A stretch of DNA of 33,437 nucleotides from a virus (lineage: Duplodnaviria > Caudoviricetes): the IMG/VR virus record IMGVR_UViG_3300044448_005373, positions 1 through 33,437 of that record; one strand, given 5' to 3'. Below are positions 1 to 9,614 of the stretch, one piece after another. Position 1 is the first letter of the stretch. Each line of letters starts with the position of its first letter. The notes under the pieces are model-generated. The model did no database searches. It saw nothing but the letters and a program-made list of their open reading frames with translations, and had not been told where the DNA came from. The translations under genes and the position numbers were made by a program.

Positions 1-333
1 GAGATCAACACCTTTACCTTGATTGACAAGAATGACATTGGTCCACAATGCGACATACTCTTTTTGTCCAGTAACGTGTCAATTGGTTCGGCGGATGGGG
101 CCGTGGGTTTGTCTGCGGCAAATTCGGCGCATTTGTTGGGGCGAGTGGACACGGGTTCAACTTGGGTCGATTTAATAAATACTAAAACGGTCAATCCGTC
201 TGCATTTGCTCCCATACCGTTCGATTTGTCGGACAACAAGTTATACGTCGGGGTCGTTGCTCGCGCCGCATACAACAATTCAGGGGGATCGGCAGACTTT
301 CTGATCCTTCGCCTTGGCTTAACCATCGAGTAG
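1..333 (+). CDS. virion-module protein, 5' truncated by window edge
   Basis: Frame is open from base 1 to TAG at 331-333; beta-rich composition; first of a tightly packed + strand run. Confidence 0.6.
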   Translation, partial: EINTFTLIDKNDIGPQCDILFLSSNVSIGSADGAVGLSAANSAHLLGRVDTGSTWVDLINTKTVNPSAFAPIPFDLSDNKLYVGVVARAAYNNSGGSADFLILRLGLTIE

Positions 334-337
334 TTCG

Positions 338-589
338 GTGAAGTTACCTTGGTTATCCAGTCGCTACGGGCGGGGTGGCTTATATGCCGCCGGTCCTGCC
401 GCTCCAGCGGGGGCTTCAACGGTACTAGAAAACGTGGCCGTGGTGGGAAATACCTCAACCCTCGAAGCAATCACCAACGAAGCCGAGGGCTTTATAGCTT
501 ACAACGACGAAACCTTCCAACTTTGGGTGTCGTCAGTCGGTACAACCGCTTCCGTGACTTTATACAACGAACAAGACTCAGGCACCTAA
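338..589 (+). CDS. small hypothetical virion-module protein
   Basis: 83-aa GTG-start ORF that fills the gap between its neighbours (4 nt and 1 nt spacing). Confidence 0.6.
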   Translation: MKLPWLSSRYGRGGLYAAGPAAPAGASTVLENVAVVGNTSTLEAITNEAEGFIAYNDETFQLWVSSVGTTASVTLYNEQDSGT

Positions 590-590
590 A

Positions 591-1577
591 ATGGCATACG
601 AAACCATCACAACAATCGCCAATGCGGCGGCAAGACCTACTCCCAGTGACGGCATGATCCGTTACCAACAGGACATACAGTCCTGCATCGTGTACGACTC
701 AGGGGCAAGTGCGTGGAAAGTGTTTACTCCTGACGCCGCTCCCTATGATTTGGATGGAACCAACATAATGACGGTGACACCTGACTTCCATTTCGACGCT
801 ACGAGAGTAAATGGCACGTCCACGTCGTCAGGAGACAACCCCGTCAACGCTCAGATATTCGATGGAACTACCGACACCGATAACCCTACGGGGGGGATTT
901 GGACCTCTAGAACAAACAGCGTGAGTACGACAGCGCAGGGAACTGGTTCCTTGCAGCCCACTTATTACACGAGTGGGGTCAACTCCAAGCCGTATTTTGC
1001 GACGGCACTGGATTATCTGCCAATAGATCAATATAACAAGGAAGTCTATTTAGCTTCAGGCCCGTTCACGGCATTTGGAGTATTTGATCAGACTTCAGGT
1101 TCCTACAACACTTCAATCGGGGGTTCCAGTAATGACAAAGTTGACGCTTTGTGGATGAATTACACGGACGGCAACGATTACTTGTATTGGGACGCCACAG
1201 GGAAAGATAACGACAACGCACCGACTATGGCAAGCGGTTCGGGAAACGGTTCAACCGCAGAAGCGGAAGCAGACGTCTTGCGGATGTATTTGCTGATTAG
1301 GGACTCCTCCAACAACACCAAAATATATTGGGACGGCAACAATTCGACAGCGGGGCTGACGGCGACGTTTACTGGACCAATTATATGGAGTTACTTAATG
1401 GCTTCGGGAACGAATGCAAGTTATCACCCGACGGGGAATTTCTACGAATGCGCCTTTTGGAAATCCGACCTTTCGACGGCAGACCGAAACAAGCTTATCA
1501 CCTACGTAAACACCAAGTATGGCACAGGTCGCAATGCGGATGACACCGATGACCTAGCCAGAGCGACGTTCTCATAA
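591..1577 (+). CDS. tail fibre/receptor-binding-like protein with a concanavalin-A/LamG-like domain
   Basis: T/S/G/D/N-rich 328 aa; FHFDA near the N-terminus and C-terminal FYECAFWKSDLSTADRNKLITYVNTKYG resemble LamG-like phage domains. Confidence 0.6.
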   Translation: MAYETITTIANAAARPTPSDGMIRYQQDIQSCIVYDSGASAWKVFTPDAAPYDLDGTNIMTVTPDFHFDATRVNGTSTSSGDNPVNAQIFDGTTDTDNPTGGIWTSRTNSVSTTAQGTGSLQPTYYTSGVNSKPYFATALDYLPIDQYNKEVYLASGPFTAFGVFDQTSGSYNTSIGGSSNDKVDALWMNYTDGNDYLYWDATGKDNDNAPTMASGSGNGSTAEAEADVLRMYLLIRDSSNNTKIYWDGNNSTAGLTATFTGPIIWSYLMASGTNASYHPTGNFYECAFWKSDLSTADRNKLITYVNTKYGTGRNADDTDDLARATFS

Positions 1578-1831
1578 TGAAAAAATTCAAACTTTACGCC
1601 ACTCAATCAGGTTGGGACAACAAACATGCCTCTCTCATGGAGCATTTGGGAATCCCCGATGGCAAAACTCTGAGGTATGCCGAAAAAACAACGGTGGAGA
1701 ACCCCGCATCCAGTGACCACGGAAAATTCATCATGCCCGTCCTTACATCGGGAAAATGGAAGTGTGACGACCAATTTTCAGGCGGAGTCGTTGATTGGCA
1801 GGATGACTGGAACCCACCGTCGGGAGGGTAA
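1577..1831 (+). CDS. hypothetical protein (possible tail-fibre accessory)
   Basis: 84 aa, TAATG-coupled to both neighbours. Confidence 0.65.
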   Translation: MKKFKLYATQSGWDNKHASLMEHLGIPDGKTLRYAEKTTVENPASSDHGKFIMPVLTSGKWKCDDQFSGGVVDWQDDWNPPSGG

Positions 1832-2238
1832 TGAACTACCTGTTCGCCATATCCTTGCTATTCCTTTGCGGATGCTCGTTTCGCGCGTTGTATCCTACTG
1901 CGGGAGCAGTCATAGGAGGCGGAGCGGGAGCCATTGCGGGGCCGATTGGCGGAGCAATAGGAGCGGGCGCGGGAGCCGCGACAGGGCAATTAATGGCGGG
2001 TGACGAGGAGTTGCAGGAAGCAAAGGACACCATCACCGCAATCAGTCGTGGCGACGTGGAGGGCATGTTGGCGGCGGCAACGGGCAAACAGAAAAGTTTC
2101 GTGGACGAGGCAATAGACGGAGTAATCGGATTCGTGAAGCTATGCCTGATATTTTTGGTACTCTGGAACTTAATTCCAATCATTTACACAAGATACATTC
2201 ACAAGAAGCATTCCAATGGAACTACTGAAAAAACTTAA
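1831..2238 (+). CDS. glycine-zipper lipoprotein with C-terminal TM helix (u-spanin-like architecture)
   Basis: Signal/lipobox-like LLFLCGC, glycine zipper GAVIGGGAGAIAGPIGGAIGAGAGA, hydrophobic FVKLCLIFLVLWNLIPIIY followed by basic residues. Confidence 0.55.
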   Translation: MNYLFAISLLFLCGCSFRALYPTAGAVIGGGAGAIAGPIGGAIGAGAGAATGQLMAGDEELQEAKDTITAISRGDVEGMLAAATGKQKSFVDEAIDGVIGFVKLCLIFLVLWNLIPIIYTRYIHKKHSNGTTEKT

Positions 2239-2332
2239 GGGAGAGTTCGACAAGTTGAACAAGCGAGGGAAATCCCTTGTGATCATCGGGGTGGCGATCA
2301 CCGTGCTTCTAATCCTTGAACTCCTGAAGTAA
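2216..2332 (+). CDS. 38-aa single-TM protein (holin-like), not in the ORF track
   Basis: MELLKKLKGEFDKLNKRGKSLVIIGVAITVLLILELLK*; its TAA overlaps the next ATG (TAATG). Confidence 0.6.
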   Translation: MELLKKLKGEFDKLNKRGKSLVIIGVAITVLLILELLK

Positions 2333-2595
2333 TGGAACCCTTGGACATAGGCATCATCGAATTGCTTTTGTTGGGGGCAATGGGCGTACTTGGGTATTTG
2401 TGGCGTTCGCAAGCGGCGGACATCAAGCAAACTGCCTTGGACTTGAATAGATTGAGCATTCGTTTTGCGGAGGCAAAGGGTGGCGCGGAGGCAACGAACA
2501 AGACGTTGTTTTCCCATATCGAGGAGATGAAGGAGGCGATTGCCCGAATAGAGAGTCATTTGATTACGTCCGGGGGAAAGAAGAATGCTGGTTGA
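2332..2595 (+). CDS. N-terminal TM plus coiled-coil protein (lysis-cassette-like)
   Basis: Hydrophobic IGIIELLLLGAMGVLGYLW followed by a heptad-rich helix. Confidence 0.6.
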   Translation: MEPLDIGIIELLLLGAMGVLGYLWRSQAADIKQTALDLNRLSIRFAEAKGGAEATNKTLFSHIEEMKEAIARIESHLITSGGKKNAG

Positions 2596-2926
2596 TTACA
2601 GTGAGTACATCATTCTTTTCGTCGGTTTGATAATTTCCGTGATCGCATGGGCGCTCAAAAAGGAACATGCTCGCATAGAAAACGTCGAAGGCGATTTGGA
2701 TGCTTTGAGCGCTCGCCTATCAAATGCCATAATTGACATCGGCAAGAACAACGTTGCAGACGTCGAATGGCGGAAGCGGGTGGAGGAAAACCATCAAGGA
2801 CTTCTGAAGGCAGACGAGGACAGAAGGGGTGACGCTCGAAAGATTTACGACAAGATAAGCGCGTTGGAAAACAGCACTCACAAGGAGTTGCAACGTTTGG
2901 GCGAAAAGGTGGCGGGGAAAAGGTAA
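2585..2926 (+). CDS. N-terminal TM plus coiled-coil protein (lysis-cassette-like)
   Basis: YIILFVGLIISVIAWAL followed by a charged coiled coil; TAATG-coupled to the next gene. Confidence 0.6.
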   Translation: MLVDYSEYIILFVGLIISVIAWALKKEHARIENVEGDLDALSARLSNAIIDIGKNNVADVEWRKRVEENHQGLLKADEDRRGDARKIYDKISALENSTHKELQRLGEKVAGKR

Positions 2927-4824
2927 TGCCGCGATACCGAGGATATGGTCAACTGGACGATCAACCCATTCGTGGGGGTGATGCGGCGTTCGTGGGACTG
3001 AATTCCTACTTGGACGAGACTACCCTTGGCGAAGGACTTGTATCTACTGCAAAGAACGTCCGCATGGATTCGGGGAAGATACAAGTGAGAAAGGGATTGG
3101 ACTTCCTGGCAGGAGGGGTGACCCTGACCTATGCGACGACCTCCGGTCAGGAAGAGCAAGTGTTCGGGGCGGGACTGTTCTCATCACCAGCGGATCAGAC
3201 CGAGTGGATTTTGTCGGCAACGAGGTTTAAGTCCATTTTGTGGAACAAGTCCAACACTTCGGGAAAATACGTTTCCTATTACGGTGTGACGGTGGCGGCA
3301 TCCGACGTGACCACGGGAACTGAAAAGATCACGATGTCCTCCCACACCTTCCAGACTGGGGACACCGTACAGGTCAGCACTTCCGGCGGGTTGCCGTCTG
3401 GTTTGTCCGCCAACACGACTTACTACGTAATTGATTCGGGAACCAACGATATACAGTTGGCGACTACCTTGGCGTTGGCTACAGCGGGAACTGCAATCAA
3501 CCTGACTTCGCAGGGCAGTGGAAACCACACCATAACCAACGTAGTGATTGCCGCTCAGAACGCTCAAGTTCTGCAATCCTTTCAGAAAGTGTTCATATTT
3601 CGAGATGGGGCGCGTCCCTTGGTATGGGATGGTGTAATGACCGATACCAACGGTGACGGTACGGTGGACAGTACCTTCAAGGGGGTTACCATGACCGCAA
3701 GTGATGCTTCTTCCGGCATTGCAATGCCGAATGCCGCATACGGGGTGCATTTCAGGAACAGAATGATTCTTCCTTGGGCAGATGATTCGGCAAACTCCTT
3801 GGTGCTTTCCGACCTGTTGGATCACGAACAATTCCCGAACACGGGAAAGCACTACATAAACAAAGGATCGGCGGACGAGTTAGTTGGCATTACGCCTTAT
3901 GCCGAAGACCAATTGCTCATATTCAATCGTCGAAGCGTCCATATTTTCAACAACGTAACGACAATCGCATCTTCGAATACCTATGAAATAACGAGGCAGT
4001 ACGGATGCGTTGCCAGAAAGACCATAGTTCAAAGTGGGCCAAACACTTACTTCCTCTCCGATGCGGGCGTAATGGTAATCACTCCTGGCATTGATCCCGG
4101 CAAGGGATTGGGCATAGCGATTTCAAAGGCAACGGGTGAACAAAAACCACTTTCCGAACCAATCAACGACTTCATTCAGACGATAGACTTCACCCCCGCC
4201 GTGGTATCCAAGGCAGTTAGCGTGGTGCATGACAACAAACTATACGTCGCAGTCCCTACGGGTGATTCTACGGACAACAATAGTGTAGCCGTTTACGACC
4301 TGCTGACTGATAACTGGATTAGCATAGATACTTTCGGGGAAGCGGCGTTTTCAGTCGAGGATTTCGTAATTGCCGCTCATGGAAGTGACCCCGAACGCAA
4401 GCGCCTGTTCATAACAAACAAAACGGGTTGGTATCTTTACGAACAAAATAGTTTGGACGATTCTGGGCGTGAAGTGGGTTCCACCAGTGAATCGGGAACC
4501 ACTGCCATAACGGGTCAGGTTATCACCCGATCCTATACTTTCGCAGACCCCACGCAAAAACGCTTCAAGAGAGGGCAACTTGCCTGCGAGGTGGCGAGTG
4601 GGGACACTTTCACCATCAAGTCGGTGACGCGCGAGCCGGACAAGACCGATACCGTTCGCACCATAGCGGCAACTGCGACCGAAGAGAACATAAAGAAGTT
4701 TTCCATCAAGCGACCCGGATACGCTTGTTCGGTTCAAATTGACGTCACTGCTGGGCGACCCGCTTTTCGGCACGTATTGGTCGAAGGAACCAGTCAATAT
4801 CGATCACCGAGGGACGTCGAGTAA
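2926..4824 (+). CDS. tail tube B / DNA stabilization protein (P22 gp10 or T7 gp12-like beta-propeller)
   Basis: 632 aa, beta-rich; FVGLNS..AKNVRMD N-terminus, YGCVARKTIV and YFLSDAGV motifs; lies just before the ejection genes. Confidence 0.7.
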   Translation: MPRYRGYGQLDDQPIRGGDAAFVGLNSYLDETTLGEGLVSTAKNVRMDSGKIQVRKGLDFLAGGVTLTYATTSGQEEQVFGAGLFSSPADQTEWILSATRFKSILWNKSNTSGKYVSYYGVTVAASDVTTGTEKITMSSHTFQTGDTVQVSTSGGLPSGLSANTTYYVIDSGTNDIQLATTLALATAGTAINLTSQGSGNHTITNVVIAAQNAQVLQSFQKVFIFRDGARPLVWDGVMTDTNGDGTVDSTFKGVTMTASDASSGIAMPNAAYGVHFRNRMILPWADDSANSLVLSDLLDHEQFPNTGKHYINKGSADELVGITPYAEDQLLIFNRRSVHIFNNVTTIASSNTYEITRQYGCVARKTIVQSGPNTYFLSDAGVMVITPGIDPGKGLGIAISKATGEQKPLSEPINDFIQTIDFTPAVVSKAVSVVHDNKLYVAVPTGDSTDNNSVAVYDLLTDNWISIDTFGEAAFSVEDFVIAAHGSDPERKRLFITNKTGWYLYEQNSLDDSGREVGSTSESGTTAITGQVITRSYTFADPTQKRFKRGQLACEVASGDTFTIKSVTREPDKTDTVRTIAATATEENIKKFSIKRPGYACSVQIDVTAGRPAFRHVLVEGTSQYRSPRDVE

Positions 4825-5375
4825 TGGGTACGATAACTGCAACAGTGACGGAGGGGGAAACGGTGGCGACCGGAGTGGAGTTGACTCCAACTCTTATAAA
4901 TTCCATTGCGAAACCCACGGTCACCATAACAACCCCGATTTCAATCGCCAACGGGGGAACCAACTCCACTTCCGCAAGCGCCGCCCGCACTGCATTGGGC
5001 GTTGCCATCGGTAGTGACGTACAAGCATACGATGCGGATTTGTCGGCAATCGGAGCATTGGCAAAGACTTCCCACAATTTCATAGTGGCAAACGGATCGA
5101 CTTGGGTTATCAAAAACGGAGCAACTGCGCGAACTTCATTGGGTTTGGGAAGCATTGCAACGCAAGCGGCCGATTCAATTGCGGTGACTGGTGGCACAAT
5201 GAGCGGAGTAGTGATCACTTTGCCCAGTTATGCGACGAGCGGTTTGCCGTCTGCGGGTACTGCGGGGCGTTTGGTGTACGTAACGGACGGTGACGGCGGG
5301 GACAAGTGCTTGGGATTTGACGATGGATCGGCATGGAAACGAATTGCCTTGGGCGCAACCTGTTCCGCGACATGA
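4824..5375 (+). CDS. short tail fibre/needle-like protein
   Basis: ANGGTNSTSASAARTALG, GSDVQAYDADL and ARTSLGLGSIATQ are typical phage fibre repeats. Confidence 0.7.
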   Translation: MGTITATVTEGETVATGVELTPTLINSIAKPTVTITTPISIANGGTNSTSASAARTALGVAIGSDVQAYDADLSAIGALAKTSHNFIVANGSTWVIKNGATARTSLGLGSIATQAADSIAVTGGTMSGVVITLPSYATSGLPSAGTAGRLVYVTDGDGGDKCLGFDDGSAWKRIALGATCSAT

Positions 5376-5845
5376 TTGCCGACAAGGACAGAATGGAACT
5401 GGATCGTCTGCTTGACGAGTTGACCGATTTCGCCCGAACGAACGACCAGGAGAGATGTTTCCCGAAGAAAGGTTGGACGAGGGAATCGACGCGCAACTTC
5501 TTTCACTTTCACTTGAACCAACGCACTCTGATCATTTGTCGGAACAAGGGAGAGATCGTGGGATTCGTTGTGTGGTGGCGTTGGAAAAAGAAGGAAATCC
5601 CCGACTTGGGTGATGACCAAATATTTCAGAATCCACCGAAGCATCATCTGGACGGTGATTTGCTTTACATATCCGACGTAGTGACCACTGCGCCAAATGC
5701 GATGAAGGCAATGTGCAGGGAACTGGTCAATCGCAACAAGGATTATGCGAACGTGGAGATTTGGGGAACCAGACAAGACAAGCGGACGGGTGAGGCGAAA
5801 CGGGTTCGTTACTCACGTCGTTTGCTGGACTTCATAGGAGACTAA
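5372..5845 (+). CDS. GNAT-acetyltransferase-like protein
   Basis: ATGA-coupled start at 5372; GEIVGFVVWW..LYISDVV pattern; usual position between tail and ejection genes in podoviruses. Confidence 0.5.
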   Translation: MIADKDRMELDRLLDELTDFARTNDQERCFPKKGWTRESTRNFFHFHLNQRTLIICRNKGEIVGFVVWWRWKKKEIPDLGDDQIFQNPPKHHLDGDLLYISDVVTTAPNAMKAMCRELVNRNKDYANVEIWGTRQDKRTGEAKRVRYSRRLLDFIGD

Positions 5846-5846
5846 A

Positions 5847-7556
5847 ATGGGCAAAGGCGGCACAGAAATCAATTACCCACAGCAACAAGGATACGGCGAG
5901 TCCATGCGAGAGAGTTTGCAGGCGCAGATCGACCTCGCCCCGGAACTGTATGGCGCGGAAGCGTCCCAGCAGTATGGGCGACCTGCCTATGCCCAACTGG
6001 AAACGGACATACTACGAGACACCTTGCTAGGCAAAGAAAGATGGCAAGAGGAGGAAGGCGGTACGGTTGCAACTCCACAACGACCTGAAGGAGTGTTCGA
6101 CGTAACCACCGAGGATGAACAATGGGAAGCATACGTTAACATGAATCCCGACTTGAAAGAATACTGGGATACAAATCAGAACGGGGTTAGGGATCGCTTC
6201 AAAGACATGTCTTTTTGGGGTCAAACCCACTATGGAGAGTTTGGTGAAAAAGAAGGTCGCTTTCTTCCTGAAATTGGCAAGACCTACGATCCTGCTACCA
6301 GTATGGAATATGCTCCCCAAATGGGAGAGATGGTCCGAGGTGGAGGACTGATGGACCTTCTTGGAGGAACAGGGAGGCAAGATCTTACCACTGGAGCAAT
6401 CACCCAAAAGTTTGTGACTCGCAAAGCCACCGAGGATGACGTTTCGGCAGGGACAGCAAGGTACGTGGGGCAGGAAATCCAAGATGGTCGCATCAGAGGT
6501 GACCAAATGATTGGGGAAACCCGTGATGTTTTAGAAACTAAACCACGACGTCCCGGCTTTACTTTTAATGAAAAAGGAGAGGAAGTTTTTGCGGGACTCG
6601 CCCAATACGGTTCTGACATAGCGGAACAAGCGGCGAGAAGGCAAAGGTCAGCCGACATTGCAGACGTTCAGCGTCTAGGAGGAATCGCATCTCAGGCGAT
6701 TCGGGAAGCAGACCCCCTGGCAACCGGATTGTTGGAACGCATGGGTCAGCAGGCAACTGCATCGATGGACGAAATCGACACAGGGCAATACGGTGGTCTT
6801 CTGGGTACTTTGCAGACACAGGCGGGCGAAGACTTGGCGGCGGGTCGTGGACTATCACCACGGCAACGCAGGGAAGCGGAACAAGCGGCGCGAGCGGGAT
6901 GGGAGGCGAGAGGAATGATTCGTGGGCCAGAGGCAGTTGTTTCCGAAGTGGAAAGCGTCATGGAGGCGGCGGGAACGGAAGAAGCGAAACGCAGGGCATT
7001 CGCCCAGAACGTACTTGCCTTGGAAGCGGCGAGAAGGGGTGAAGGAAGGACTTTGGCGCAAGCGACTATGGGAGCATCCCAAGCAATGACGGCAGACCCT
7101 TTCATGGCGATTCTCGGCAGACCGTCCGGAGCCAGTCAGCAGATTGCCCAAGGAGGACTTGGATCGGCGGGGTACGGACTTACGGCGGGGCCACAGCAAT
7201 ATTCGCCTGAAGCGGGACTTTCCTACATGTTGGGTCAACAAACCAATCAAGCGAATATTGCGGCGGCGCAAGCGGCGGCAAATGCCACACGATCCGCTGG
7301 ATTGGCAAGCGGACTAGGCGCATTGGGTGGCGGAATAGCTCAAGGAGCAATAATGGCATGTTGGATCGCCCGTGAAGTTTACGGTGAATCCAATCCCAAG
7401 TGGATGATGTTCCGAGAGTGGTTGTTCAACAAAGCGCCCGAATGGTTCAAGTTGTGGTATTTGATCAACGGGGAGCAAGTTGCGGAATGGTTGAAGGACA
7501 AACCTGAAATGAAGGCGAAGATTCGCCTGTTCATGGATTCCAAGGTGGGGGCATAG
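5847..7556 (+). CDS. internal virion / DNA ejection protein with C-terminal CWIAREVYG domain
   Basis: MGKGG start; A/Q/G-rich helical body; glycine-rich hydrophobic GLASGLGALGGGIA segment. Confidence 0.65.
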   Translation: MGKGGTEINYPQQQGYGESMRESLQAQIDLAPELYGAEASQQYGRPAYAQLETDILRDTLLGKERWQEEEGGTVATPQRPEGVFDVTTEDEQWEAYVNMNPDLKEYWDTNQNGVRDRFKDMSFWGQTHYGEFGEKEGRFLPEIGKTYDPATSMEYAPQMGEMVRGGGLMDLLGGTGRQDLTTGAITQKFVTRKATEDDVSAGTARYVGQEIQDGRIRGDQMIGETRDVLETKPRRPGFTFNEKGEEVFAGLAQYGSDIAEQAARRQRSADIADVQRLGGIASQAIREADPLATGLLERMGQQATASMDEIDTGQYGGLLGTLQTQAGEDLAAGRGLSPRQRREAEQAARAGWEARGMIRGPEAVVSEVESVMEAAGTEEAKRRAFAQNVLALEAARRGEGRTLAQATMGASQAMTADPFMAILGRPSGASQQIAQGGLGSAGYGLTAGPQQYSPEAGLSYMLGQQTNQANIAAAQAAANATRSAGLASGLGALGGGIAQGAIMACWIAREVYGESNPKWMMFREWLFNKAPEWFKLWYLINGEQVAEWLKDKPEMKAKIRLFMDSKVGA

Positions 7557-7558
7557 TT

Positions 7559-9613
7559 ATGGCAAGAGGACAATCAGTATATCAAGGAGCATATAACTTT
7601 CCGGTACAGTCTACTGCCGCCCAAAGCATTATGCAGGGGGCGCAGGCGCAGGCGCAGATGTACTCGTCCTTGGGGCAAGCGCTTGGGAAGGTGGCAAACA
7701 CTTATTTCGAGAAGAAGGACGAGGACAAGCAGATTGACGCAATCGTGGACAATCCTGAAATTTTGGATTTGGTGTATCGAGGGCAAACTGACATGCCTGC
7801 CGACCCCAAGGAGCGCAGGAAAGACGTCAAGGCGTTGTTCAAGGCGCTGGGTGGTCGAGTAGGGGTGGAGAACTATCTGTTGCGCGATAGGGCGGAACAA
7901 AGGGCGCAGGAAGGTGCGGATCGACTGAAGCGGGCAGAGGACAGAATAATCCAAATGGAGGAGGATACGAAAAGTTACTTCAAGTCTTTGACGGAAAGAC
8001 CCGACGTAACCACAACCGAAACAAGGGAAGTGGGGCGCATCGGTGGCGGCACTTTGGGGCAATATTTACCTTTGGGCAGAAAAACCGCACCACCACCGGG
8101 GGTTGATGAATCCTTAGTGGATGTATCATATTTGGAAAGTGTATTAGCTGGTGACTCAACTGCGCAACCTACTCCGAAGTCTCGTCCTTCATACCTATCT
8201 AAATTAAAGAAAGGCATTGGTGACGCATATCAATCAGCAAGTGAAAGGTTGGCAAAAGTTGAGGTTCCGGAAATACCACTTGCCGAAGCAGAAACTACCA
8301 CCCGCCCTGGTCAAAGTTTGCTCGCCCGATCCACAGAGATGACTGGCCCAGCGTTTCTTGAGACTTGGGCGGAACGTAATCCGAATGCCACCGTGGGAAT
8401 GATGGAACTAGCAAGGCAATCCGCCGCAGGATTACCTCAAAGGGAAGCGGAAGCGCCACAGGTAGTCTCGCAGGATGGTTATCGTTATATGATTAATCCA
8501 CGAACCAAAGAGGTTATATCGGGAAGCATATCCACTACTACTGGGGCGGCGCCGACTTTCGAGCAACTCTCGGAAATAGAAGACAGGGATACGGAACTGA
8601 CCTTTGCTTTGGAAAACATAAAGCGAGTAATGGATATATTCAAGGTGGACGCAGAAGGTAGGGAAACGGGAGAGGTCAACAAGTGGTTGGTCGGCCCCGG
8701 CATAATGGACAAAAGTCGAAGAGCTTTGGCGGATATAGGTATAACCGGGCTTGATTCAGATGAATTGCTAGACAATCGGGACTACCTTGAGCAGTTCGCA
8801 ACTCGTACCGCACTTGAGGCAAGTCAGATGCTGAAAGGGTCACTTTCCGAAGGAGAACTGAATTTATTGATGCGTGCCGCTCCTAAAATGAATAGCACAT
8901 CGAGCGAGTGGCGCAGGTACATCGTGAAATTAAACAGGATGATAAATACGGAGAAGTTGAAGAATGACCGATTGCGCGGCGCATCGTCTGGGAATGTCCC
9001 CGGTGGAGCTAGCGCCCGTGGGAATTTGAACTTAACTTCTGACCAGATTGTCAAAGACGTGCAAATTAATGCGGACTGGAAAAACCGATCACTAAGGGAA
9101 AAGGAGGATATTCTTAAAAAAGTGTCTGCGCGCCAAGATAGTTCTCCGGAAATCATTGCCAAAGCAGTCAAAATTCTGAAGGCAGACCTTTCTGAAGAAA
9201 CACCTCCGCCAAACGGTGATGACAAGGCGGACTTAATGAAGATTGCTGATATGACTGTCCCCACGGCGGAGGGACTGAAGTCCGATAAATTGTCTGGGGA
9301 AATTGGTGGATTCATTGAAGTTCTTTCAAACGTAATGCGTGAGGCAATCGAAACTGGCGCAATTCCGAGGGACGAGTTTGCTGGGCCAGATAACGTTTGG
9401 TATGGAGAATTCCCCGATCCTTTGCGCCAGGAGAACTACGAGAAGTTGATCGTCTACGCTAAGGAATCCTTGAGCGAGTTGGGGTCAAGGGCGGCGGCAA
9501 GGAATATGGGGACAACTCCTTCTCCGTCCGATCATAGTCTCTTTGATTACTTGGTGGATTTCGCAACTGCCCTTGGCGGAAGAACTCAGGAATCACCAAC
9601 GAGACTCTTGTGA
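7559..9613 (+). CDS. internal virion / ejection protein
   Basis: 684 aa; N-terminal QGAQAQAQMYSSLGQALG followed by charged helices; gene position. Confidence 0.55.
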   Translation: MARGQSVYQGAYNFPVQSTAAQSIMQGAQAQAQMYSSLGQALGKVANTYFEKKDEDKQIDAIVDNPEILDLVYRGQTDMPADPKERRKDVKALFKALGGRVGVENYLLRDRAEQRAQEGADRLKRAEDRIIQMEEDTKSYFKSLTERPDVTTTETREVGRIGGGTLGQYLPLGRKTAPPPGVDESLVDVSYLESVLAGDSTAQPTPKSRPSYLSKLKKGIGDAYQSASERLAKVEVPEIPLAEAETTTRPGQSLLARSTEMTGPAFLETWAERNPNATVGMMELARQSAAGLPQREAEAPQVVSQDGYRYMINPRTKEVISGSISTTTGAAPTFEQLSEIEDRDTELTFALENIKRVMDIFKVDAEGRETGEVNKWLVGPGIMDKSRRALADIGITGLDSDELLDNRDYLEQFATRTALEASQMLKGSLSEGELNLLMRAAPKMNSTSSEWRRYIVKLNRMINTEKLKNDRLRGASSGNVPGGASARGNLNLTSDQIVKDVQINADWKNRSLREKEDILKKVSARQDSSPEIIAKAVKILKADLSEETPPPNGDDKADLMKIADMTVPTAEGLKSDKLSGEIGGFIEVLSNVMREAIETGAIPRDEFAGPDNVWYGEFPDPLRQENYEKLIVYAKESLSELGSRAAARNMGTTPSPSDHSLFDYLVDFATALGGRTQESPTRLL

Positions 9614-9614
9614 A

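Noticed and set aside
7791-7802. ACATGCCTGCCG (DMPA) in the 684-aa gene as an eighth junction repeat
   Set aside because: Lacks the preceding aromatic codon and is not at an evident domain border; probably chance.
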